The position numbers and the translations under genes were made by a program. A stretch of 64,000 nucleotides of DNA from Gracilinanus agilis (lineage: Eukaryota): assembly GCF_016433145.1 (NCBI RefSeq), contig NC_058131.1, positions 631,995,373 to 632,059,372 on the forward strand. The letters are read 5' to 3'. Positions within the stretch are counted from its first letter, which is position 1. Each line of letters starts with the position of its first letter. Below, piece after piece: positions 52,001-63,210 of this stretch. The notes below the pieces were generated by a model. That model saw only the letters and a list, made by a program, of their open reading frames with translations, did no database searches and was not told the DNA's origin.

Positions 52001-55000
52001 ATGACCCAGGACAATTCTGAGGGATTTATGGAAAGGAACACTACCCACATTCAGAGGAAGAACTACAGGAGTAGAAACACAGAAGAAAAACAACTGCTTG
52101 GACACTTGGATTGATGAGGACATGATTGGGGATGTAGACCTGAAAAGACCACACCCATGTAACTATCAATAATGTGTAAATAAGTCTTGACTGACCACAC
52201 ATAATAAAACCAGTGGAAATGCGAATTGGCTACAGCAGAGAGGGGAGGAGGGTGAAGGGGAAAGTAAAAACATGACTTATGTAACCATGGAAAATTTTTC
52301 TAATAAAAAATTATTTAAAAAAAAACAGTGGGGGGAGGGGTGTGTGAAGGGGAAAGAGCATGAATTATGTAACCATGTTAACTTTTCTAAAAAATAAATA
52401 TTAATAAACACACCCAAAAAATAAACTGAATGTCATCAACAATTGATAACCATAGTTGTGTTTTTCATCTACAGGGGTGTCTATCAAATTTGCTATATCT
52501 TTCAGGGAATGCCTGTTGTGATGAATTAAGGTATCAAACCAGCACATAAACATTCCTAGAAAAGGTAAATTCTAGTAAGAAAGAACATAGAGATGGGGAG
52601 AAGATAAGTATTTTCATAATAACCTTTCTAGAAAGTGAATCATCAGCTATCCTCCTCTCTTCTTCCCTACGACGCTCTCTTTCTTCAATTTCCAACTCTC
52701 TCTGGCGTTTTTTCCTTTCAACTTCTTCTAGTTTCTTGACACGCTCCTGATATTCTCGTTGTTCTTCTTCACGTTTTTCACGTTCAGCCCGCTCTCTCTC
52801 TTCACGCTCTATAATAATAATTTGTTTGAAAATAAAATTTTACCTTTCTATATTCCCACATCTTTCTTCTGGCTTTCTGTGACAAACTACCCCAAGGATT
52901 TCAATGGCAAAAATTTCAACGGGCAATAGATGCCACAGAATTCTCATAGGGAACATTCATCTTCAAAATCAGAGGGGGTGCCCTACATTTGTTCCTCCTA
53001 CAGATTCTCAAATGAAAGGAAAACCAAGACCTAAACAGTCAACCACCGTGATATCTGTTATTGCCAAATGCTAGAAAATTAATGCTATTCCTTTATGCAT
53101 AAAGCATATGCAATACTCAAGGGTCACATTTTAGTTAAAATGAGAAAAAAAACCCAATAACCTGAATACCTCAACAATATCTACACTTTAAGGAATCATA
53201 GACATTAGCTGACCTAATCTAGGTCCTTATTTTTTATATATGAGAAAACTACCTCAACAGAGGATTTGCCCATGATTAGGATTCCAGGAGTTATAAAAGC
53301 AGCTTAGGATTTCCAATTAAATACCTTTTGGTATGTTTTCAACTTAAACTACCCCCAAAAGTCACCAATCATGCACCTTTCAGCATCTGCTCCTCAGCCA
53401 GCCTTTGTTCCTCCTCCTCCTTTTCCCGGTAGTAGGTCACTCGTCTCTCCTCCTTACGCTGTTTCTTTCGTTCTTCTAAGCGATTGCGCCTTTCTTCAGC
53501 AAGTCTTTCTTCAAACTGTTTAAGTTTTTCCTGCAATGAATGGGGGGGGAGGTGTGTGTGTGAAAACCTCTTGCTAAAAGAGCCTGAAAACAATAATTCT
53601 AGAATGTTCTAGACCAGACTAAACATTTGCTGTACAGAACTACACTGGGAATTAAGCAAAAATTTAACCATTTTTCTTTTGCTTACAATTGTCTATTTGT
53701 AAACAATATTTAGAAATATAACGTGTATAAATGTGGAGTTCTATTACTGAACAGAAAGCACTGGTAGAAGGAGGCAGCTGGGTAGCTCAGTGGATTGAGA
53801 GCCAGGTCTGGAGATAGGAGGTCCTAGGTTCAAATCTGACCTCAGACACTTCCCAGTTGTGTGACCCTGGGCAAGTCACTTGACCCCAAATGCCTACCCT
53901 TACCACTCTTCTGCCTTGGAGCCAATACACAGTATTGATTCTAAGATGGAAGGTAAGAGTTTAAAAAAAAAAAAAAAGAAAGAAAGAAATCATTGGCAAT
54001 ACTATCGACATCCAACAGCTTAAGTCCCCTCCTCCAAAGGTCAGTTGATGGCAGGAATGTGAATGGTGGTGAATTCACTATTTTATAAATTTCTAATTAT
54101 CATATAAAGCTCAAAGGACATTGTCAGGGAGGCCATCCTGAAGAGTCAAATCAGAAAAGATTCTCTAGTGATGACTAGGCCCTCAGGACACTTGTCTATG
54201 GACGATATCATGCTGCTAATCCCATGAAGGTGAAGATATTCCCAGGTCTTTTACTGAGATCCATGGCCTCAACCCAAAAATCCACACACAGGACAAAACG
54301 TTGCCTATTGCTCAGATAATGAATATTAGATGGGGGAAATCCTCTGTTTGTTCACTGACACATTGACACTGTGGCTGGTCTAAGAATTAGAAAGTGAGAC
54401 AAATTCCATCTGGGAAACACACATGGCAACATTAATAAATGCAAGCTACTTCATGATATAAAAAGTTATTTTTTTGCCACCAATGTTTTGGTGATGACTT
54501 CAGGTAAGCCCAAAAAGTAATTACCAAAAAAAAATCAAGACAGTTTTAAGTTAAATGTTTCATGTTACTAATGATAACTTGGTTGACCAAAAGTATCATT
54601 AAAGAGTTTCTCAAAAATGAGTAATCTGAAAACAAAGTAGTTTGTCATTTAACAATAAAGATTATAAAAAGTGTTGTACTAGTACCCCACAAAATGTTCA
54701 AGAAACCCAGAGGACAGCTACCAGTGACAAGATCATCTATGAAGGATTTATAGAATAGGTATAAGAAAAGATCAAGAGAAAAAAATAGAGGATAGTTTCT
54801 AATCTGCACCAGTGTAGGGAATACACATACAAATGAAACCATAGGTCTGCTGATATAGTGCAAAAGCCCTCTGTATAAGGATCTTCACTGATAGGACCAG
54901 TGAGGTGGTTACCTCGTAAACAGACTGTCGTGCTGCCTTGAGTCTCTCTACAAATAAATCTCGATCTTCCAACATTCTGGACATTCGATTTTTATGTTCA

Positions 55001-58000
55001 AGGGCTTTTTCACGTTCCAGCTGCATAGTAGTAATCTGTAAAATATATACCCACCATTAGTTTCAATAGAGTTCATTAAATCCCTCTACATTTAACATTA
55101 AAACTTAAATTCATTCTCTAAAAACTAGTAGTTTCCACAGACCTTACCATGTCCTTAGGAATTGTTGAATAAATATTTCACTGTCCCACCAATATAAACT
55201 TAGTAGGTCCATAAAAAAAGTATTATTATAATTCTACTCTAGACCTACTAGAACTTGTTAGATTAATATGCTCCATTCTATGAGGATTACTAGGTATTTT
55301 TCTCAATTACAATAATGCTACAATAATGTCCAACTGCAAAGTAAGAGAACAAACCCCCACCATGGTTCTATTTGGCTTTACAGTACACCAAAGAGAATCA
55401 AGGACCTTCCATTTTTCAATCCTCATGAAGCCCAAAATTTTACTAGGGCAAGATCATTTATAGTAATTCCTATATTTGCTATATTCCAACTTCATATAAA
55501 ATTTTAAATAAATAGATGAAGCCTGAAAGACTTCACGTTTGAGAAGATCAGAGTTCTTAGTGAATTACACTTCAAGAATACCCTTGAAAGGCACCCATTT
55601 CTAAGTAGCAAACAACTGTCAATAACACCAAGTTAAATGAGTAAAATAAAAAGCCAAGTCAGAGAAAAAGATAAATATAACTTGAATATTTATCAGAGGA
55701 AGGATCAATTTAGAATAAGAGTTCTTATCCTGGATCCATAAATTTGTTTTGTTATTGTATTAAAAAATAACTTGTAAACTACATTTCAATATAACAGCTT
55801 TGATTGCATCCTCATTCAGAAGTCTATGACACAAGAAAGGTTAAGATCCCCAGGCTTTAGAGAAACAAATAAGTGGCCTGGGGGCCAAAGCAGTAAAGGC
55901 AGATAGATCTTTAAACACAAATTTGTCCATTTGAATATCTTTGGAATTTCTGTGGTACAGTCCAAACAATTATAAAGAAATGTTAGCTGTTCTAGAATTA
56001 TGTTAGTTTGGCCTTGGCCCTAAGCAGTATGGTTACAAGAGTCAAAAATACAGCAGTGTTGAGGGAAAAGCTTACTCTTTCTTCTTCCTGCTGTTCCCAA
56101 AGGTCCATATCTTTGACTCTCTGCTCTTCATAGGCACTCTTTATAAGAGGTATTTCTTCTAATCGCTTTGCTCTTTCAAAGTAGTCAATCTAAACAAAAT
56201 AATGGATTATTGTAGAATACATGAAATAAATACTTTGAAACTGGCAAAATTAACATTTAAACCCCCCTCCTTTTGCCACCTTCTTCTCCTGGTTTTTCAA
56301 GCGTTCTTGAAGTTCTTTCTTTTCTTTCTCCAGCTGCTCAACCTGCTTGGCCATAATGAAATCTGGATCCAATTCTTCAAGGTCCTAATAAAAGTAAATA
56401 CACATGAATTATCCAATTATCCAAAAATATATAGAGAAAATAGTTATATTTGTTCCAAAAAGGTGTTGTAGTTTCACATTTTAATTTTTTACAGCAAACA
56501 TTTAGGTAGTGTTATTTCTACTTTAAAAACCAGGAAAGCATTAAAAAAAATTACTGATTTTTGAGTCCAAAAAAACTGCATCAGCACAAGAATGATGATT
56601 TACGAAACACTTACTTCAATATCAATATCTTTGAATGCTTTGGCACCAAGTTCAGTTTTCTTAATCTGCTCAAGTCGCTCACGGACAGTTTTCTTTTTGA
56701 TTTGTTCATGTTCCTGTAAGATGCGCTCTTTCTCCCTTTCCTTGGCTTCTTGGCGGAGTCTCTCTTCCTCAGCTTTCCGAACTTTCTGCAGCTCTGCTTC
56801 TCGTTGCTCCAACTCCTCTTTCTCACGCTGAATATTCAAGCTCTCAAGCCGTTCCTTCCTCTCCTCAATAGTTTGCCTTCGAGCCAAGATGCGCTGATGC
56901 TCTTTTCTTGAGTTTTTAAGATAAGCAGTGACAGCCAATTGGTGCTGCTCTTCCTTTTCTTGCTATTATAAAAGAAAAATAGAGAATTGCAAGTGACAAC
57001 TAACAATAGTAGAAATGTGTCATGCTCTAAGCCTTGTAAAAAGCTTTCCACATATTCTCATTTGGTCCTCACTTGTAGCACTTGCTTAAGGTCTTATCCC
57101 CATTTTACAGAGGCTAAGTGCCCAGGATCATCCTGTTAGTGTCTGAGGCAGGATCTGAACATAAGTCAATACTGTGACATCTGCTTAAGACAGAAGATTT
57201 TCTAAATATCAAAGCTTGCTATAAAATTGTTATTAAAATCTAGCTCATGTATAATTTTCTGTAAGAAACTTCTAAGATGGCTACTTTAGAAAGATGCAAG
57301 CCATCCTATTTCCACAAACTTAGTCTACTTGACAGCAGATGAATAATCAAGAAATACAGTAAGAAACAAGAGTAAATGATTTCTTCCACCCTTAAGACTT
57401 TAGCAATATCTACAAGAACACTGAGGGCTATTAGCCACACATGATCAGAGGCACCTATAGCATGCAAGGCTCAGTGTCTGGAAGTAGCAAGAGTAAAAAG
57501 CTCCCTTAAAAAAGATCCAGTACCGAGCATGTAGGTGATGCAGTGGATAGAGTGCTGGACCTAGAATCAGGAAGACCAATCTTATTGAGTTCAAATCTGT
57601 TCTCAGACGCTAGTTATGACCCTGAGCAAGTCACTTAACCCTAATTGCCTCAGTTTTCTCATCTGTAAAATGAGTCTGGAGAAAGAAATAGCAAATCACT
57701 CCAGTATCTCTGCCAAGAAAACCCAAAATGGGATCAAGAAAAATAGGACATGACTGAAAATGCCTAAACAACAATAATAACGACCCTACAAGCCCTGGAC
57801 AGTTACAGCAAAGTAGGCATTGACCAGTGTAGTGTGGAAGCATCAAACTGAGAGGCTCCAGCCTCAGGAACTCTGGAATCCCTAATACTCTTCACCAAAG
57901 ACACCAAAAGGCATCCTGAATATTGAGCACTCTGAAATTCTAAGATTCCAGGGATGAGGGGAGGGGATTAAAATCCATGGGAACAAAAGATGAGCACAGA

Positions 58001-61000
58001 AACACAGGACATATAAGTAGAAACTAAGGAGGTCCAAATTTGGCACAAATCCTCAAATTCAGGAAATAACTAGAGATGAGTAAGTCAAGAAATACCACTA
58101 AAAAACAAAACAAAAACCAAACCTGCCAATTAGCATTAAAACAGTATTACAGGGGGCAGCTGGGTAGCTCAGTGGATTGAGAGCCAGGACTAGAAATGGG
58201 AGGTCCTAGGTTCAAATATGGCCTCAGACACTTCCCAGCTATGTGACCCTGGGCAAGTCACTTGACTTCCATTGCCTACCCTTACCACTCTTCTGCCTGT
58301 GTATTGTGTGTACTGGCTCCAAGACAGAAGGTATCGGTTTAAAAAAAAAAAAAAACACAGTATTACAAATCTAGAGCCCCCAAAAGGAAAGAGTAAATTC
58401 ATTATTTACAAATGCAAAGATCCAATGCAAAATTGGATTTTCCACAAGAACTACCTTGAAGAAATAAAGCGATAAAAATGAAACAGAAGTTCCAAGAAAT
58501 TGGAAGAATAGCTTAGAAAATAGCTAGGTAACCTACTCCAGAAAAATACAAGTCTGCATAGAAATCAGTAATTCTATCAGCAAAAAAATATTAGAAAAAA
58601 TTCAAGAGACTGGATTCCATAAGAATCAACATTTTTTTTTTAATCTGGACACTATTATTTTAAAAAATACTAAGAGGGGGGCAGCTGGGTGGTTCAGTGG
58701 ATTGAGAACCAGTCCCAGAGACAGGGGATTCAAATCCAGCCTCAGACACTTCCTAGCTGTGTGACCCTGGGTAAGTCACTTGGACCCCTACACACACTCT
58801 TCTCTCTTAGAACCAATACACAGTATTGATTCTAAAATGGAAGGTAAGAGTTTACAAAAAACAAACCAAAAAAAACCACAAAGATCTATTAGAACCAGAG
58901 GTCAACTCTACCAAATACCTCCCCTAAAATAAACTTGATAAAAAAGTCTTGGGGGATATCTTAACCAAAATCCAGCACTCTCGTGTCAAAGAAAAATATT
59001 GAAAATGCTCCAAAGTTTAAGTACTAGAGAATGACACCAGACCTGGCAGCTTTTCTAAAAACCTGAAGAATCACACTATTTAATAGTTCACATGGCAAAA
59101 AAAGGCTTAAACTAAAATAAATTTGCCTACAAAGATAACCTTGTAAGCAGATAAGTAGATTTTTAATGAAATAAAAGAATTTCTAATAAAAAGATCAGAC
59201 CTGAGTAATAATTCTCAAATACTTTGGAAAAGTCCAAACCCCACTCCCAAACAACAACAACAACAACAAAAAAAAAAACCGAAAAGGTAAAATTATTTGA
59301 AAGATCTATTTGATACAATGCTAAAATGGGGAAGAAACAAATGTCTCTTATAACCTGGCTTCAAAGGGTATTTAGGAAGATGAATAGGAAAAATAAAGGT
59401 CCTAAAAGGGGGGTGTGGATTAGATGTTCTGAGGATCTGAAGGAGAGTGCCAAAGGAATATAAAAGTACAAAAAGGAGAAAGAAGAGGTGGAATGCACTG
59501 TTTCTTCTAATTGTGTGTAAAAGAAGAGGATATAAAACAAGGAAGAAGAATTAACAGCCATCAGATTAACCTAGCAAGTAGTTTGCTAAAAATACAGTTA
59601 ATAGTTCTATTTCTTTCATAACATGTATAGTACATTTTTGCCTAAAAAGTTTAGATACATACCAAAACATGAGCAGGTTTAATAACTTCCAATGCCTTGG
59701 CAAGCACTGAGGACATAGCAGTCAGCTGATTTCTTATTTGCTCAGATGGCATACTTTGAAGGTGAGGACCAACTGGAGCATCTTCTCGAGTAGAATAATT
59801 CAAATCAGATCCAAAACTTAATGTTCTTGAAGTATGATCAATACGAACCTTCACAAATTAAATTGAATAAAGTTTCTCGATTTAAAAAGAAAAATCACCT
59901 AGTACTTATAAATCAGTGGTTCCCAAATTTTGGCCTACCACCCCCTTTCCAAAAAAAATATTACTAAGCACCCCCTGAAAATTATGAAACTATTTATTGA
60001 ACTCAGAATAGAATGTAATACAAAAAAAGTGTGGCCATCACTGCTCCCCTGGATTGCCACAGCATCCACCAGGGGGCGGTAGCGCCCACTTTGGGAAGCA
60101 CTGTTATAAACTATGAGGCCCAAATATCTACATTGGTTGACCAGAACTGACAAATCCAAAATGTCAACTCACAAAGGAATTTACAAGTATGAATTAAATA
60201 GAGATTCTTATTTTGGCCTTCACAATGCATATTAAACTAGACTATAAACTCTTCAAGAGTAAGAATTGTTTCATTCCTGTATTTCCAATCCTCAGGCACA
60301 ATGCTTTGCATGTGGGTCCTTAAAAATCCTTGGTTAGATGGGAGGCAGCTGGGTGGCTCAGTGGATTGAGAGCCAGGCCTAGGTTCAAAGATGGCCTCAG
60401 ATACTTGGCTAGCTGTGTGACCCTGGGCAAGTCACTTAACCCCCATTGCCTAGCCCTTACCACTCTTCTACCTTGGAGCCAAGACACAGTATTGACTCCA
60501 AGACAAAAGGTAAGGGTTTTAATTTTTTTAAAAAAAAAATTTTTTTTAAACCCTTGGTTAGATGGACAGAATGAACAAGTTTAATTTATAAGGTAAAAGA
60601 ATTCATATTTCCAAAATCATGATTTAAATTACACAAAACAATGTATGATTCCCCTACAGCATTGCTACTCTTTTTGTAAGAGTGTAATAACAGATCCATG
60701 TAAAATATTCAGAATGGCTTTCTTCCCCTTTTCCCCATTTTTTTCACTAACACTCACTTGCAAATCACAATGTCTCGCTGCATCTACAATAGCACGTTCC
60801 AGTTGGAAAGCATCAACAAAAGGAACCAGAGAAGTCAGACGAGAAAATTCAATGCTCTGATATATTTGTGCCACCTGCATAAGAACACATGATTATATTT
60901 TTTTTCTTTTTGATCCTACAAAAAAACCCAGAAGAAATCTTTATGGTTGCATTCTCACTTGTTCTGGAAAAACTTGGATAAGAAATGTTTTTGTTTGGGT

Positions 61001-62431
61001 TTCTTTCCTTGTTCTAAGTATCGTGTGTGTTTGAAGGAGACTGGCAGCATTACTATACCAAGTTATGCTGCTAATTAACCTTCTATAAATTGTATAGCAC
61101 GTCAGAAATAACACTGCTCCCTTGAACAATGAAAGCAGGTCAATGAAACGTGCACAAGGATACAAAGAGTATTAAAAGAAATTTATTTATATACTGCTGA
61201 GATTTAAAAACCATTTTACCATTCTATTCCAACAAAAATTCTGTGAGGTAGGTAGTTTCAAGTATTACTATCCATATTTCAGAGATGAGCAAACAGCCTA
61301 AAAGGAGTGAAATGATTTCCCAACAGTTTAAAGTGTCAGTCAGGACTCAAAATAGGTTCCCTGATTCCAGGGATCATCCTGCCTCCAGCAACCAAATCGT
61401 GGAATCCCAAAAACAAGGGACAAGGGAAAAAGAAGACCATTAACGTTGTCCTAAAACATGCAATCAAGGTTACATTGGACTTAATGTTTTTTACCCTTTT
61501 ATCATATAAAATATTCATTTTGCATTCATACCTGCTGCAAAAGTCTGAGGATAGTGTTGTTTTGCAATTGTGGGACATATTGTTGCAATTCAGGTTCTTT
61601 TTCAGCTTGTTCTCTCACCCAATTTAGAACCTAAACGTAAGTAAATAAGAAAAAAATTAAGTTATATTATGCTTAAACAATACTGAAAATACAAATTCAT
61701 TATCATTAAGCCACAATAACACCATGGAAAACACTTCAGAAAACTTTACTGCATGAATGATAGTTTTGACGAAAGAACTCATCATTTACTCATCTTTTCT
61801 AAAGGAGCACAATTATGGCTATTGGGTTTTTTTTTTTAATTTACCTCCAAAAATTTATTTAAGTATATGAAAAATATCTTTTCTCTTAAAAACAAAAGAC
61901 AAGAGGGGGTAGCTATGTGACTCAGTGGATTGAGAGCCAGGCCTAGAGATGGGAGGTCCTAGGTTCAAAGATGGCCTCAGATACTTGGCTAGCTGTGTGA
62001 CCCTGGGCAAGTCACTTAACCCCCATTGCCTAGCTCTTAACACTCTTCTGCCTTGGAGCCAATACACAGACTCCAAAATGGAAAGTAAGGGCTCTCACAA
62101 AATAAATGAATGAATGAATGAATGAATAAAAGACATGGCAAGAAAAGCAATGAAATGTGCACAAAGTTCATTGGAAAACCCCGTTATTAAAAGGCATACA
62201 TTTCTTGAGAAGCTTTTATTCTTTCCAAGACAATTCTAGCCCAACCTCCAAGAAAAAAGGTGCTCCATCAGCTCTTTTTTTTACCCCGATACTGAACCCA
62301 AAATTCTCCACAATATGAAAACTTACCTTTGTAACCCGATCACAGAGCTTTAGAGGGTTAAATTCCACCTCTAGCCAATTATAAAGATCTTTTACTTCTG
62401 GAACAACATATTGTAAAACGTTGAATCTAAC
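45823..62431 (-). CDS. EIF3A: eIF3 subunit A, 3' portion (15 exons, 948 aa + stop; the 5' part lies beyond the window)
   Basis: join(62431-62327,61630-61532,60874-60758,59848-59663,56962-56615,56384-56280,56189-56076,55035-54913,53530-53377,52808-52624,50363-50278,49719-49100,47701-47515,47116-46929,46052-45823) = 2847 nt, in frame, all GT-AG. It encodes the end of the PCI domain, the spectrin/coiled-coil region, the DDDRGPRRG repeats and the C-terminus [10 protein letters not shown]. Confidence 0.98.
46929..47116 (-). CDS. EIF3A: EIF3A exon 21 ([18 protein letters not shown]...RSEREE)
   Basis: acag|G...A|gtaagg, 188 nt. Confidence 0.95.
47515..47701 (-). CDS. EIF3A: EIF3A exon 20 ([18 protein letters not shown]...DRFRRSR)
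   Basis: atag|GT...AG|gtttga, 187 nt. Confidence 0.95.
48663..48872 (+). mobile_element. SINE in EIF3A intron 19
   Basis: TSD AAAAAGTACCTA. Confidence 0.88.
49100..49719 (-). CDS. EIF3A: EIF3A exon 19, ~10-aa DDDRGPRRG tandem-repeat exon
   Basis: acag|G...CCAG|gtaaaa, 620 nt; ~30-nt periodic repeats. Confidence 0.96.
50278..50363 (-). CDS. EIF3A: EIF3A exon 18 ([29 protein letters not shown])
   Basis: gtag|GAC...AA|gtatgt, 86 nt. Confidence 0.95.
50945..51130 (+). mobile_element. SINE in EIF3A intron 17
   Basis: tRNA-like head, CORE, A-tail. Confidence 0.85.
51840..52410 (+). mobile_element. L1 3' end with a duplicated tail in EIF3A intron 17 (antisense to gene)
   Basis: GAATTGATGCAGAGCGAAAGGAGC..ATGTAACCATG tail occurring twice. 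Confidence 0.85.
52624..52808 (-). CDS. EIF3A: EIF3A exon 17 ([10 protein letters not shown]...DDSLSRK)
   Basis: atag|AG...AAG|gttatt, 185 nt. Confidence 0.94.
53377..53530 (-). CDS. EIF3A: EIF3A exon 16 ([10 protein letters not shown]...EEQMLK)
   Basis: gcag|GAA...AAAG|gtgcat, 154 nt. Confidence 0.95.
53771..53975 (+). mobile_element. SINE in EIF3A intron 15
   Basis: Full-length SINE1_Mdo-like. Confidence 0.88.
54913..55035 (-). CDS. EIF3A: EIF3A exon 15 (ITTMQLERE...RQSVYE)
   Basis: acag|ATT...GAG|gtaacc, 123 nt. Confidence 0.96.
56076..56189 (-). CDS. EIF3A: EIF3A exon 14 ([15 protein letters not shown]...QEEER)
   Basis: ttag|ATT...AGA|gtaagc, 114 nt. Confidence 0.96.
56280..56384 (-). 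CDS. EIF3A: EIF3A exon 13 ([14 protein letters not shown]...NQEKK)
   Basis: ttag|GAC...AAG|gtggca, 105 nt. Confidence 0.95.
56615..56962 (-). CDS. EIF3A: EIF3A exon 12 ([11 protein letters not shown]...KDIDIE)
   Basis: atag|CAA...GAA|gtaagt, 348 nt. Confidence 0.96.
57530..59560 (+). mobile_element. MAR1 followed by an L1/HAL1 ORF1-like remnant with two nested SINEs (58153-58352, 58677-58870), intron 11
   Basis: KEKILK..KFKY..TPDLAA-like ORF1 C-terminal remnant at ~58990; SINE TSD ACAGTATTACA. Confidence 0.6.
59663..59848 (-). CDS. EIF3A: EIF3A exon 11 (VRIDHTSRT...KPAHVL)
   Basis: gaag|GTT...TTG|gtatgt, 186 nt; AAG acceptor. Confidence 0.95.
59914..60103. mobile_element. hAT-superfamily MITE in EIF3A intron 10
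   Basis: TIRs CAGTGGTTCCCAAA / CAGTGCTTCCCAAA (13/14) and an 8-bp TSD TTATAAAT / TTATAAAC. Confidence 0.9.
60066..60078 (+). promoter_or_regulatory. Consensus CTCF core motif CCACCAGGGGGCG inside the MITE
   Basis: Exact match to the canonical core. Occupancy is unknown. Confidence 0.55.
60342..60551 (+). mobile_element. SINE in EIF3A intron 10
   Basis: 14-bp TSD CCTTGGTTAGATGG; internal 16-nt deletion between CCTAG microhomologies. Confidence 0.92.
60758..60874 (-). CDS. EIF3A: EIF3A exon 10 ([39 protein letters not shown])
   Basis: gcag|GTG...CAA|gtgagt, 117 nt. Confidence 0.96.
61025..61155 (-). ncRNA. SNORA19: H/ACA box snoRNA SNORA19 (ACA19) in EIF3A intron 9
   Basis: Reads GTGCACGTTTCATTGACCTGCT...AGCAG...ACGTGC-T-ATACAA (H box)...GAAGG..GCAGCAT...ATGCTGC..CCTTC-AA-ACA-CAC. 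Two hairpins with complementary stems, ACA 3 nt from the end, sense to the host gene. EIF3A is the known SNORA19 host. Confidence 0.93.
61532..61630 (-). CDS. EIF3A: EIF3A exon 9 ([33 protein letters not shown])
   Basis: ttag|GTT...CAG|gtatga, 99 nt. Confidence 0.96.
61793..62162 (-). pseudogene. Degenerate second SNORA19 copy in intron 8, split by a SINE
   Basis: Starts GTGCACATTTCATTG, 14/15 identical to the 5' end of the intact copy. After removing the SINE, collinear similarity continues (TTTAAGAGAAAAG~TTCAAGGGAGCAG; GGAGGTAAATTA~GAAGGTTAATTA; CTCCTTTAG-AAA~CTCCTTCAA-ACA). The ACA box has become AAA. Confidence 0.7.
61902..62127 (+). mobile_element. SINE inserted into the degenerate snoRNA, intron 8
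   Basis: TSD AAAAGACA (61894-61901 / 62128-62135); (TGAA)n tail. Confidence 0.9.
62327..62431 (-). CDS. EIF3A: EIF3A exon 8 ([35 protein letters not shown])
   Basis: ttag|GTT...AAG|gtaagt, 105 nt. Confidence 0.96.
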
Positions 62432-63009
62432 CTAAAGTAAATGCAATGAAAAATTGGTACAAATGTTAGTTTACTAATAACACATAAAGGTAATGAATGG
62501 CTTTTATATTAGCTATAAACTAAAAACAGACTCATAGTATTGGAAAGGTGAAAAGGACTTAGATGCTCTTACAGCTATAATCCACTTTATAGAATAGTTG
62601 AATTCTTGATTATACAGGTAGTTATAACTTCTCTTTCCCCATTAACTTCTATTTTAAAATTGGAGATCTTCTCACAGAAAAATTCCAAATGGATGATCAT
62701 TTAAATTAGCTACAAATTAAAACTGAAGAATATATAAAGAAATAATTTTGCCATAATTTTTTGGTTTGTATTTAATTCTTAGCTGGTCTAAGAAAAAAAA
62801 AAGACCTCAGATAATTTTTCCAAACAATTCTTTACTACTTAAAATTTCTTTACGAGAAATTTTGGTCTTTCTTTATAAATGAACTTTTATTTCCTGACAT
62901 TCATCTCTTGAACACTAGCTCAAGTATAAGAGATGGCAACTCTGCTAAAATTTACTATCATCTTTCTTCATTAGTTATTCTAACTTTCACTCTAGTCTGA
63001 TCCTCACCT

Positions 63010-63210
63010 TAAGTTTTGTTTTTGTTTAAAATAACCCTTACATTCTCTCTTAGAATTGATACAATTATCAGTTCCAAGGCAGAAGAATAGCAACTGAGGT
63101 TATGACTTGCAGAAGGTCACAAGCTAGTAAGTACCTGCAACTATATTTGAACCCAGGTCTTTTCCCACTCCAGACCTGGCACTTTATCCACTGAGCCACC
63201 TAAGCTGCCC
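63010..63210 (-). mobile_element. SINE in EIF3A intron 7, opposite orientation to its neighbours
   Basis: Ends GAGCCACCTAAGCTGCCCC. Confidence 0.85.
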
